Of a stretch of 64,000 nucleotides of DNA, positions 55,774 through 64,000 are shown piece by piece. Position 1 is the stretch's first letter, and each line of letters opens with the position of its first letter. Under the pieces are notes generated by a model, which ran no database searches, had not been told where the DNA came from, and worked only from the letters and a program-made list of their open reading frames with translations. This stretch comes from Trueperaceae bacterium. GTDB lineage: Bacteria; Deinococcota; Deinococci; Deinococcales; Trueperaceae. The stretch is taken from contig OZ243927.1 in NCBI GenBank assembly GCA_965213925.1, positions 1,312,001 through 1,376,000 of the forward strand, given 5' to 3'. Position numbers and translations under genes: made by a program.

Positions 55774-56499
55774 ATGCCCGTGATCAGACCCTTTAGCCTC
55801 CTAGCCAACGTCTACGACGCCATTATGGGCGACGTGCACTACGAAGGCTGGACCGACTTTATCTTACGCGAGGCTGACAGAGTTGGTTGGAGCGGGCACA
55901 AGGTTTTAGATTTGGGCTGCGGCACGGGGAATTCAACGTTTCCTTTTTTCTCGAGGGGCTTCCACATAACCGGGCTCGACGCCTCGCCCGAAATGCTCCG
56001 CGTCGCTCGCGACAAACTGCCCCCTGTGTGCTTCGTAGAGGGCGACTTTACCTCTTTCGAGTTTGACGAAACCTTTGACCTGGTGATCTCTGTTTTTGAT
56101 TCGCTGAATAATTTGCTCGAGCCCCGCGACCTCTTGCGCACCGCCGAGCGCGTGTACCGTCACCTCACGCCCGGTGGTCTTTTCATCTTCGACGTCAACA
56201 CCACCGTCGGCTTGCGCGACCTCTGGGAGAGCGGACGCGCCGAAGGGTGGGTGGACGAGGTGCATTACAGTTGGGATCACACCTTTGATGAGACCACGGG
56301 CATCGGCACCGTGACGGCGTTTTGCGAGCGGAACGGACGCGCTTTTGTCGAGGTGCATGTCGAGCGCGCGTACGACCCGCCGGAGCTTAGAAGGTTGCTC
56401 GCGCAAGCAGGGTTTGTAGAGGTTGAGATCGTGACCTATCCAACGGGAGAGCCAGCAGAAGAGGACGAGGAGCGGGTTTGGGTAGTGGCGAAGAGGTAG
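55774..56499 (+). CDS. Class I SAM-dependent methyltransferase
   Basis: VLDLGCGTG, GLDASPEML, FDSLN, LTPGGLFIFDVNT. Confidence 0.92.
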   Translation: MPVIRPFSLLANVYDAIMGDVHYEGWTDFILREADRVGWSGHKVLDLGCGTGNSTFPFFSRGFHITGLDASPEMLRVARDKLPPVCFVEGDFTSFEFDETFDLVISVFDSLNNLLEPRDLLRTAERVYRHLTPGGLFIFDVNTTVGLRDLWESGRAEGWVDEVHYSWDHTFDETTGIGTVTAFCERNGRAFVEVHVERAYDPPELRRLLAQAGFVEVEIVTYPTGEPAEEDEERVWVVAKR

Positions 56500-56536
56500 A
56501 ACTCGGGTCGCGAGTTACGGCGAACGTTTGACGGCA

Positions 56537-57730
56537 TTAACGCTCCATCCTTTCGAAAATCGCCCCGATGCCCTGCCCACCGCCGATGCACATCGTCACC
56601 AAAGCGTAGCGCCCGTCTATACGCTCGAGTTCATACAGCGCTTTCACCGTGATCAGACAGCCCGTCGCGCCGATGGGGTGACCCAGCGAGATGCCGCTGC
56701 CGTTCGGGTTGGTGCGCTCCACCGGCAAGTCGAGTTCTTTGATGACAGCGAGCGCTTGCGCGGCGAAAGCTTCGTTGAGTTCGATCACGTCCAAATCATC
56801 CTTGCTGAGCCCGGTTTTCTCGAGCAGTTCCTTGATGACCGGCACCGGACCGATGCCCATGTATTTCGGGTCCACCCCGGCGAAGGCGTAGTCGACAAGC
56901 CGCGCCGTCGGCTTCACGCCCTGCGCCTTCGCGGCTTCAGCCTCCATCATGACAACCGCGGACGCGGCGTCGTTGAGTCCAGCCGCGTTGCCCGCGGTGA
57001 CGGTGCCCTCTTTGTCGAAAACGGGTTTCAGTTTCGCCATCCCTTCGGGCGAGGCGTCGGAGCGCACGTGCTCGTCGGTGTCGAACGTGACCGTGTCGCG
57101 CTTCTGCTTGACCTCGACGGGCAGAATTTGCGACTTGAAGAGACCTTCTTCGGTGGCTTTGGCGGCGCGGCGGTGGCTCTCGACCGCCAGCTCGTCTTGC
57201 TCCTCGCGGCTGATGTCGTACTTCGCAGCGAGGTTCTCCGCGGTCATGCCCATGTGACAGTCGTGAAAGGGGTCGGTGAGTGCCCCAGTCGTGGCGTCAA
57301 GCACTTTCGCGTCGCCCATGCGCTTGCCCCAGCGCAGGCTCGGCAGCCAGTACCCGCCGCTGCTCATGACCTCTGCGCCGCCCGCCACCACCGCGTCACA
57401 GTCGCCCAACATCACGAGCTGCGCCGCCGAGACGATCGCGTTCATGCCGCTGCCGCAGAGCCGGTTGAGGGTAAACGCGGGCGTCGCGTGGGGCAAGCCG
57501 CCGTCCACAGCGGCGACGCGCGCTAGGTACATGTCTTTGGGCGCGGTGTGGATGACGTTACCGAAGACGACGTGCCCTATAGTGCTGGGCTCTAACCCAC
57601 TGCGTTTCACCGCTTCCTTCGTCACCTGCGCGGCTAAATCGCTAGGATTTTTGTCCTTGAGCATCCCGCCGTAACCGCCCACTGCCGTGCGGACTCCGCT
57701 CACCACGACCACTTCGCGTCCTTGCGCCAT
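56537..57730 (-). CDS. Acetyl-CoA C-acyltransferase (BktB-like beta-ketothiolase)
   Basis: DMYLARVAA, NRLCGSG, ELNEAFA, GHPIGATG, MCIGGGQG; GAGGAGG RBS before ATG 57730. Confidence 0.93.
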   Translation of the reverse strand: MAQGREVVVVSGVRTAVGGYGGMLKDKNPSDLAAQVTKEAVKRSGLEPSTIGHVVFGNVIHTAPKDMYLARVAAVDGGLPHATPAFTLNRLCGSGMNAIVSAAQLVMLGDCDAVVAGGAEVMSSGGYWLPSLRWGKRMGDAKVLDATTGALTDPFHDCHMGMTAENLAAKYDISREEQDELAVESHRRAAKATEEGLFKSQILPVEVKQKRDTVTFDTDEHVRSDASPEGMAKLKPVFDKEGTVTAGNAAGLNDAASAVVMMEAEAAKAQGVKPTARLVDYAFAGVDPKYMGIGPVPVIKELLEKTGLSKDDLDVIELNEAFAAQALAVIKELDLPVERTNPNGSGISLGHPIGATGCLITVKALYELERIDGRYALVTMCIGGGQGIGAIFERMER

Positions 57731-57998
57731 CTCTGCCTCCTCATGAATCATTAGCTACCTTGTTTTGTTCTGCACGTTATCTGGTTGGGACAGGATAGCA
57801 GATTACCGCCGTGCTTGACGAGAACAGGAAACGAACTTTTGTCATCACACCCTAAAAGTTCGTTTTCCTTTGCCGGAACGTACCGCAATTCAGCGTGTAC
57901 GCTTCGCCAAAACTTCGTACACAGCACTTCAATTCGTCAGGAAGACCTAGAATGCTGACACACTGATCATCGGCACGTTGAGAAGAAAGGGGAAAAAG

Positions 57999-58889
57999 AT
58001 GAAACGACCAGGTGAACGCTTTCGTGAGGCGGTCGAGGCGCACGCGCCGCTGCCCGTCGTCGGGACGGTCCACGCCTACGCCGCGCTCATGGCGGAGCGC
58101 ATCGGACATAAGGCAATCTATCTGTCGGGTGGCGGGGTGGCGAACGCCTCACACGGTCTACCAGACTTAGGCGTCACGACGATGCACGACGTGCTCGAGG
58201 ACGCGCGGCGCATCACCTCCGCGAGCGAGTTGCCCCTACTCATTGACATCGACACGGGCTTTGGCGGCGCGTTCAGCATCGCCCGCACCGTGAAAGAGGC
58301 CATCAAAGCGGAGGTGGCGGGCGTGCACATCGAGGACCAAGTGTTGCAAAAACGCTGCGGACACCGCCCGAATAAAGCCATCGTCCCCTTAGAGGAGATG
58401 GTGAACCGCGTCAAGGCTGCCGTGGACGCCAAGACCGACGACAGCTTCGTGATCATGGCCCGCACCGACGCGCTCGCCGTCGAGGGGATGGACGCGGCGA
58501 TTGAACGCGCCGTCGCCTGCGCCGAGGCGGGCGCGGACATGGTCTTCCCCGAGGCGATAGAGACGTTGGAGCAGTACGGGAGGTTCGCCGAAGCCGCCAA
58601 AATTCCTGTTATGGCCAACCTGACCGAGTTCGGCAAAACGCCGCTTTTTAACCGCGCGGAGCTAGCTGAGGTCGGCGTCAAGCTGATGCTCTACCCGCTC
58701 AGCGCCTTTCGCGCCATGAACCGCGCGGCTGAGCGCGTGTACAGGAGCATCCTGGACGAAGGCGACCAAAGGGCCGTCGTTGAAAACATGCAGACCCGCG
58801 AGGAACTCTACGACTATCTGGACTACGAGGCGTACGAACGGAAACTGGACGAACTCTTCGCGGAGGAGGAACCAGCGTGGCAGGGCTGA
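57999..58889 (+). CDS. prpB: 2-methylisocitrate lyase
   Basis: YLSGGG, DIDTGFG, HIEDQV..KRCGHRP, MARTDA, ANLTEFG. Confidence 0.96.
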   Translation: MKRPGERFREAVEAHAPLPVVGTVHAYAALMAERIGHKAIYLSGGGVANASHGLPDLGVTTMHDVLEDARRITSASELPLLIDIDTGFGGAFSIARTVKEAIKAEVAGVHIEDQVLQKRCGHRPNKAIVPLEEMVNRVKAAVDAKTDDSFVIMARTDALAVEGMDAAIERAVACAEAGADMVFPEAIETLEQYGRFAEAAKIPVMANLTEFGKTPLFNRAELAEVGVKLMLYPLSAFRAMNRAAERVYRSILDEGDQRAVVENMQTREELYDYLDYEAYERKLDELFAEEEPAWQG

Positions 58890-59980
58890 AGGGACAGGTC
58901 GCCGGGGAGACGGCGCTCTGCACAGTAGGCAAAGAGGGAACAGGTCTGACCTACCGGGGGTACGACATCCAGAGCTTGGCGAAGGGTGCGCTGTTCGAAG
59001 AGGTCGCGTACCTGCTCATCGAGGGCGAGTTGCCGGACCGGGAGGCGCTGAGTGCGTTTAAGGAACGTTTGCAGGACCACCGAGGCGTGCCCGAGTTGGT
59101 GCGCACCGTCCTCGAGCAGCTTCCCGCCGACGCCCACCCGATGGACGTCCTGCGCTCCGGCGTGTCGGCGCTCGGCTCCGCGGAACCCGAGACCGACTTC
59201 GCCGAGCAACAGGGGGTGGCGGAGCGTCTTTTAGGGGTGATGCCCTCGTTCCTTTTCTACTGGTATGGTTTCGCGCAGCGCGGTGAGCGCGTAGATACGG
59301 TGACGGACAGTGACACGTTGGCGGGACACTTTCTCGAGCTGCTCTACGGCGAGAGCGCCGACGACCTCGCCGTGCAGGTCCTCAACGCTTCGCTGGTCCT
59401 CTACGCCGAGCACGAGTTCAACGCCTCGACCTTTACGGGGCGCATCATCGCCTCGACCCTGTCGGACATGTATTCGGCAGTCGCGGGGGCTATCGGGGCG
59501 CTACGCGGTCCGCTGCATGGCGGCGCAAACGAAGCGGCGATGGCGATGCTCGCCGATTTTGGGAGCCCAGACGAGGCGGAGGAGGCGGTGTTGGGAAGGC
59601 TCGAGCGCAAAGAGAAGGTGCCAGGCTTCGGACACGCGGTCTACACGTCGTCCGACCCGCGCCACGCCATCATCAAGGAACAGGCTAAAAAGCTTGCCGA
59701 GCGAGCCGGTGATGAGACGCTCTTCCCGATCGCCGAGCGGGTCGAAGCGGTCATGGACCGCGAGCGGGGGCTGTTTCCCAATACCGACTTCTACCACGCG
59801 CTGGCGTATCACTACCTGGACATTCCCACGGAACTCTTTACGCCTATTTTCGTCTGCTCGCGCCTGAGCGGGTGGGTCGCGCACGTGATGGAGCAGCGGG
59901 CGAACAACAAGCTGATCCGCCCGAGCGCCTCTTATGTCGGTCCCGACCTGCGCGACTTCGTCCCATTAGGGCAGCGGTAG
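58877..59980 (+). CDS. prpC: 2-methylcitrate synthase
   Basis: [43 protein letters not shown]; prp operon context. Confidence 0.93.
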   Translation: MAGLKGQVAGETALCTVGKEGTGLTYRGYDIQSLAKGALFEEVAYLLIEGELPDREALSAFKERLQDHRGVPELVRTVLEQLPADAHPMDVLRSGVSALGSAEPETDFAEQQGVAERLLGVMPSFLFYWYGFAQRGERVDTVTDSDTLAGHFLELLYGESADDLAVQVLNASLVLYAEHEFNASTFTGRIIASTLSDMYSAVAGAIGALRGPLHGGANEAAMAMLADFGSPDEAEEAVLGRLERKEKVPGFGHAVYTSSDPRHAIIKEQAKKLAERAGDETLFPIAERVEAVMDRERGLFPNTDFYHALAYHYLDIPTELFTPIFVCSRLSGWVAHVMEQRANNKLIRPSASYVGPDLRDFVPLGQR

Positions 59981-59989
59981 GAGACGCGG

Positions 59990-61441
59990 ATGAGTCCCAA
60001 CGCCGACCTTAACGAACGCCCGCAATCCGACGAGATTCTCGTGACGCTCGCCGACTACGCCGCGAACGCAGAGATCAGTAGCGGCGAAGCTTACCGCACA
60101 GCCCGGCACTGCTTGATGGACACGCTGGGCTGCGGCTTCTTGGCGCTCCGCTTCCCCGAATGTACGAAGCATCTAGGACCTATCGTGCCGGGAACGGTGG
60201 TGCCCAACGGCGCGAAAGTCCCCGGCACCGCCTTTCAGCTCGACCCCATCAAGGCGGCCTTTGACCTCGGCGCGATGGTTCGCTGGCTGGACTATAACGA
60301 CACCTGGCTGGCGGCCGAGTGGGGGCATCCGTCCGACAATCTAGGTGGGATTTTAATGGTAGCGGACTTTCTGTCGCGTCGGGCGGTCGCTGAAAGCAAG
60401 GAGCCCTTGATGATGCGCGACGTGCTCACCGCCATGATCAAAGCGCATGAGATTCAGGGCGTGCTGGCGCTGGAGAACAGCTTTAACCGCGTCGGCTTAG
60501 ACCACGTCGTCCTCGTAAAAGTCGCCTCGACCGCCGTGGTGACAAGGCTTTTGGGCGGCGACGAGGCGACGATCGTGGACGCGCTGTCGCAGGCTTGGGT
60601 CGACGGGCAAGCGTTACGCACCTACCGCCACGCGCCTAACGCGGGCTCGAGAAAGTCCTGGGCTGCCGGCGACGCCACCGCCCGCGCGGTGCGCCTCGCG
60701 CTGATCACTATAAAGGGCGAGATGGGGCTTCCTTCGGTGCTGCGGGCGAAGAACTGGGGCTTTTACGACGTGCTGTTTGAGGGCAAGACGTTCGAGCTGG
60801 CGCGGCCTTTAGAGAGCTACGTCATGGAGAACGTCCTCTTCAAAATTTCCTACCCCGCCGAATTCCACGCGCAAACGGCGGTCGAGGCGGCGGTGGACCT
60901 CCATCCGGTGGTGGTGGAGCGCCTGGACGACATCGAAACGATCACGCTCACCACGCACGAGTCGGCGATCCGGATCATCTCGAAAACGGGTCCGCTTAAT
61001 AACCCCGCCGACCGCGACCACGCGCTGCAGTACATGGTGGCGGTTGCGCTTCTCTACGGAAATTTGGTAGCCGAGCACTACGAAGACAGTTTTCACGAGG
61101 GCGACCCGCGCATCGACGCGCTACGGGACAAGATGGAGGTCGTCGAGGACGAGCGCTACAGCCGCGAATACTTTGAAGAGGACAAACGCTCGATCGCGAA
61201 CGCCGTGCAGCTTCACTTTAAGGACGGCTCGAGCAGCGAGCGCGTCGAGGTGGCGTACCCCATCGGACACCGCCGCCGCCGCGACGAAGGCATCCCTAAG
61301 CTCGAGGAGAAGTTCTACCAGAACTTGCGAACCCGCTTCCCCGAACCGCGTGCCCAGGCGATTCAAGCACGCTGTGACGACCAGGAAAAGCTCGAGGCAA
61401 CACCCGTCAATGAGTTTGTAGACATGTTAGTCGTCCCCTAA
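59990..61441 (+). CDS. prpD: 2-methylcitrate dehydratase
   Basis: [46 protein letters not shown]. Confidence 0.97.
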   Translation: MSPNADLNERPQSDEILVTLADYAANAEISSGEAYRTARHCLMDTLGCGFLALRFPECTKHLGPIVPGTVVPNGAKVPGTAFQLDPIKAAFDLGAMVRWLDYNDTWLAAEWGHPSDNLGGILMVADFLSRRAVAESKEPLMMRDVLTAMIKAHEIQGVLALENSFNRVGLDHVVLVKVASTAVVTRLLGGDEATIVDALSQAWVDGQALRTYRHAPNAGSRKSWAAGDATARAVRLALITIKGEMGLPSVLRAKNWGFYDVLFEGKTFELARPLESYVMENVLFKISYPAEFHAQTAVEAAVDLHPVVVERLDDIETITLTTHESAIRIISKTGPLNNPADRDHALQYMVAVALLYGNLVAEHYEDSFHEGDPRIDALRDKMEVVEDERYSREYFEEDKRSIANAVQLHFKDGSSSERVEVAYPIGHRRRRDEGIPKLEEKFYQNLRTRFPEPRAQAIQARCDDQEKLEATPVNEFVDMLVVP

Positions 61442-61494
61442 AGTGTGCTACCCTAACGGCACGTCAAAAATATAGTGATTTTAGGAGGACTTCG

Positions 61495-63399
61495 ATGAGC
61501 TACGAGAGCGAGTTTCAGCGTTCGCTTGACGACCCGAGCGGCTTTTGGTTGGAGAAAGCTGAGGCGATTTCTTGGTACACAAAGCCAAGCCAAGGTCACA
61601 GTACGGACGACAACGGCGCAGACCGCTGGTTTGCGGACGGCGAGCTGAACACCTGCTACCTCGCGCTCGACCATCACGTCGAAAGTGGACGCGGCGACCA
61701 GGCGGCGCTCATCTACGACTCGCCCGTGGTCGGGATGCAGCGGGGCGAGGGTCCGGTTATTCAGACGTACAGCTTCGAGAGGTTGCGAGATGAGGTCGCT
61801 AAGGTCGCGGGGATGCTCGCCGCTCTAGGTGTGGGTAAGGGCGACCGCGTCGTCATCTACATGCCGATGGTGCCCGAAGCGGTCATGGCGATGCTGGCGT
61901 GTGCGCGCTTGGGGGCAGTTCATTCGGTCGTCTTCGGCGGCTTCGCCGCGCACGAATTAGCGGTGCGAATCGATGACGCTCAACCTAAAGTCATGCTGTC
62001 AGCGTCGTGCGGCATCGAGGTGGACCGGATCATCTCCTATAAACCCCTGCTCGACGCGGCGCTAAAAGAGGCGAGCCACGCGCCCGAGCACTGCGTTATC
62101 TTGCAGCGCCCTGAGAGCGAATGCGAGCTTACCGAGGGACGCGACTTGGGGTGGCACGCACAAGTCGCCAACGCCGAGCCCGTAGGCTGCGTGAGCGTCA
62201 AAGCGACCGACCCCTTGTACATCCTCTACACCTCCGGCACGACAGGTCAACCTAAAGGGGTCGTGCGCGACCACGGCGGTCACGCGGTGGCGCTGCGCTA
62301 CAGCATGGACCTCGTTTACGATGTGCAGCCCGGCGACGTGTACTGGGCCGCCTCGGACGTCGGCTGGGTGGTCGGGCACTCCTACATCGTCTACGCGCCG
62401 CTCATCACGGGCTGCACCACGGTGCTCTATGAGGGCAAACCCGTCAATACACCTGGCGCGGGCGCGTTCTGGCGCGTGATAGAGCAGCACAAGGTCAAAG
62501 CGCTCTTCACCGCGCCGACCGCGTTTCGGGCGATCAAAAAGGTGGACCCTAAAGCTGAATCGCTGCAAAACTACGACATCAGCTCGCTCGAAACTGTCTT
62601 CTTAGCGGGCGAACGTCTCGACCCGCCGACCTTTGAGTGGATCACCAAGGTTACGGGCAGACCCGTCTATGACCACTGGTGGCAGACCGAGACGGGCTGG
62701 GCTATTTGCTGCAACCCGATAGGTATCGAGCCCGCGCCCGTCAAGCCGGGCTCCGCGACCTTTCCCGCGCCCGGCTACGACGTTCAAATTTTAGGGGAGG
62801 ACGGCAGCGAGTTGCCCCCCGGCAAGGACGGCTACGTCGTCGTCAAGCGCCCTCTGCCGCCGAGCTGTCTGCCCACCGTGTGGGACAGCTTCGAGCGGTT
62901 CGAAGAGAGCTATATGACCTTTTTCCCCGGCTATTACCTCACCGGCGACGGCGGCTACTTCGACGCGGACGGTTATGTATTCGTGATGGGACGAATCGAT
63001 GATGTGATCAACGTCGCCGGACACCGCTTATCGACCGGAGAGATAGAAGAGGTCGTGGGCGCGCATTCGGCGGTGGCGGAGTGCGCAGTCGTCGGCGTCC
63101 CCGACGAACTCAAAGGGGAAGTGCCTATCGGTTTAGCCGTGCTTAAAGACGGCGCGGACGTTGACGCGGCGCAGCTTCACGCGACCTTGAGGCAAAATAT
63201 CCGCGACGAGGTCGGGGCGATTGCATCATACGATAGGACGATCATCGTCAAGCGCTTGCCCAAAACCCGCTCGGGCAAGATTTTGCGCCGCACCCTGCGC
63301 CAGATTGCCAAAGGGGAAGACTACGCTACACCTTCGACAATTGAAGACCCTGCTATTCTGGAGGAGATCGAAGACCTTATGGAGAGCCGTCCCGACTGA
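61495..63399 (+). CDS. prpE: Propionyl-CoA synthetase
   Basis: YILYTSGTTGQPKG, DVGWVVGHSY, DHWWQTETG, LPKTRSGKILR; prp operon context. Confidence 0.9.
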   Translation: MSYESEFQRSLDDPSGFWLEKAEAISWYTKPSQGHSTDDNGADRWFADGELNTCYLALDHHVESGRGDQAALIYDSPVVGMQRGEGPVIQTYSFERLRDEVAKVAGMLAALGVGKGDRVVIYMPMVPEAVMAMLACARLGAVHSVVFGGFAAHELAVRIDDAQPKVMLSASCGIEVDRIISYKPLLDAALKEASHAPEHCVILQRPESECELTEGRDLGWHAQVANAEPVGCVSVKATDPLYILYTSGTTGQPKGVVRDHGGHAVALRYSMDLVYDVQPGDVYWAASDVGWVVGHSYIVYAPLITGCTTVLYEGKPVNTPGAGAFWRVIEQHKVKALFTAPTAFRAIKKVDPKAESLQNYDISSLETVFLAGERLDPPTFEWITKVTGRPVYDHWWQTETGWAICCNPIGIEPAPVKPGSATFPAPGYDVQILGEDGSELPPGKDGYVVVKRPLPPSCLPTVWDSFERFEESYMTFFPGYYLTGDGGYFDADGYVFVMGRIDDVINVAGHRLSTGEIEEVVGAHSAVAECAVVGVPDELKGEVPIGLAVLKDGADVDAAQLHATLRQNIRDEVGAIASYDRTIIVKRLPKTRSGKILRRTLRQIAKGEDYATPSTIEDPAILEEIEDLMESRPD

Positions 63400-63451
63400 T
63401 ACAGTTTCCAGGCAATTCCCATAAGAATTGTTCGAGAACCGCATCAGTCCT

Positions 63452-63507
63452 CTAATACGAGGTTGCATGGCTTTGTTTGCAAACAAAGCCATGCAACCTC
63501 GTATTAG
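63452..63507. repeat. 56-bp perfect palindrome (short ATAC...GTAT element)
   Basis: CTAATACGAGGTTGCATGGCTTTGTTTG|CAAACAAAGCCATGCAACCTCGTATTAG. Confidence 0.85.
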
Positions 63508-63513
63508 CCTGTA

Positions 63514-63649
63514 AAACCAATTCCGATTGATTCGCTAACATGCGCGAATCAATCCGAGCGGATGCGAGTAGGAACAGAGATACGGATGGAGTGTATGGAC
63601 TATCATCGAGCGCTTTTCTCGGTGATAGGGAATTAAACGGAATCTGTAT
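63514..63649. repeat. Deinococcus SRE/SNR-like small repeated element
   Basis: ATTCCGATTGATTCGC hairpin, CCGAGCGGATGCGAGTAGGA core, CTATCATCGAG/CTCGGTGATAG hairpin, AAACGGAATCTGTAT end. Confidence 0.65.
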
Positions 63650-63717
63650 AAAACCTCACCGATTTCGTCGCCGATGGTGAAGCGTCGTGGTCAAAACGAG
63701 CCTCTGCATTTTTACGC

Positions 63718-63890
63718 TAGCACTTCCACGCTTCGCTGCACTAACTGATTGCGTCTATTTCTTCAAGACTTCGTCCGACTTCGTGAACGCATCCGCTCGC
63801 ACGTTTCATTGCTGTAGCAATGAAACGTGAAACGCTACGAAACTCGAGTCGATTCAAGCGCGTAAGAATTGTGTCAGAGCTTCAGTGCTA
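63718..63890. mobile_element. MITE-like element, TAGCA...TGCTA family, divergent copy 3
   Basis: Ends TAGCACT/AGTGCTA; left end TAGCACTTCCACGCTTCGCTGCAC resembles the reverse complement of the copy 1 right end (TAGCAGTTCCACTTATCGTTGCAC); 14-bp internal stem at 63800-63829. Confidence 0.55.
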
Positions 63891-63953
63891 CCTTGCTCCA
63901 TGATTTGGGGGAAGCCGTAACGATTCTCCTAAAACTACCGCGAGGAGTACTCT

Positions 63954-64000
63954 ATGGTATGTCAACAGTGTGGTGAGCCGCTTGCGGCAACGGTTACGTC
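63954..64000 (+). CDS. Start of a probable zinc-ribbon protein (truncated by the window edge)
   Basis: GAGGAG RBS followed by MVCQQCGEPLAATVT. Confidence 0.5.
   Translation, partial: MVCQQCGEPLAATVT

Noticed and set aside
56528..57526. 332-aa plus-strand ORF
   Set aside because: Antisense shadow of the thiolase gene
63397..63890. CRISPR array
   Set aside because: The repeats are heterogeneous palindromes with no identical direct repeats and regular spacers, and there are no cas genes in the window

Overview
Chromosomal window from a moderately GC-rich bacterium, most likely Deinococcota (Truepera-like). The assignment rests on a GlnRS with a C-terminal Yqey/GatB domain, a Rad52/DdrA-like protein, Deinococcus-type ATAC...GTAT small repeats and many leaderless genes. 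The content is mostly housekeeping and metabolic: two thiolases, glnS, the three-part transhydrogenase pnt, pfkA/fbaB/fbp, ada, pyrG-udk, DUF5693-csaB and the methylcitrate cluster prpBCDE. It also holds a SHOCT-associated two-component system, a DrrAB-type ABC exporter and two giant multi-cassette internalin-like LRR lipoproteins. The best candidate for an undescribed system is the three-gene cluster at 26068-28234. There, two paralogous exported proteins, one with a canonical Cys lipobox and one with a Ser in the lipobox-like position, flank a small membrane protein with E-x-x-Q and GTFD-x-x-D motifs. Other notable signals are three leaderless uORFs whose stop codons overlap the downstream start codon, at least two MITE-like repeat families, and two adjacent frameshifts (csaB and a TPR gene). 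I saw no rRNA, tRNA, CRISPR array or transposase. All family assignments come from motif recognition, not database searches.
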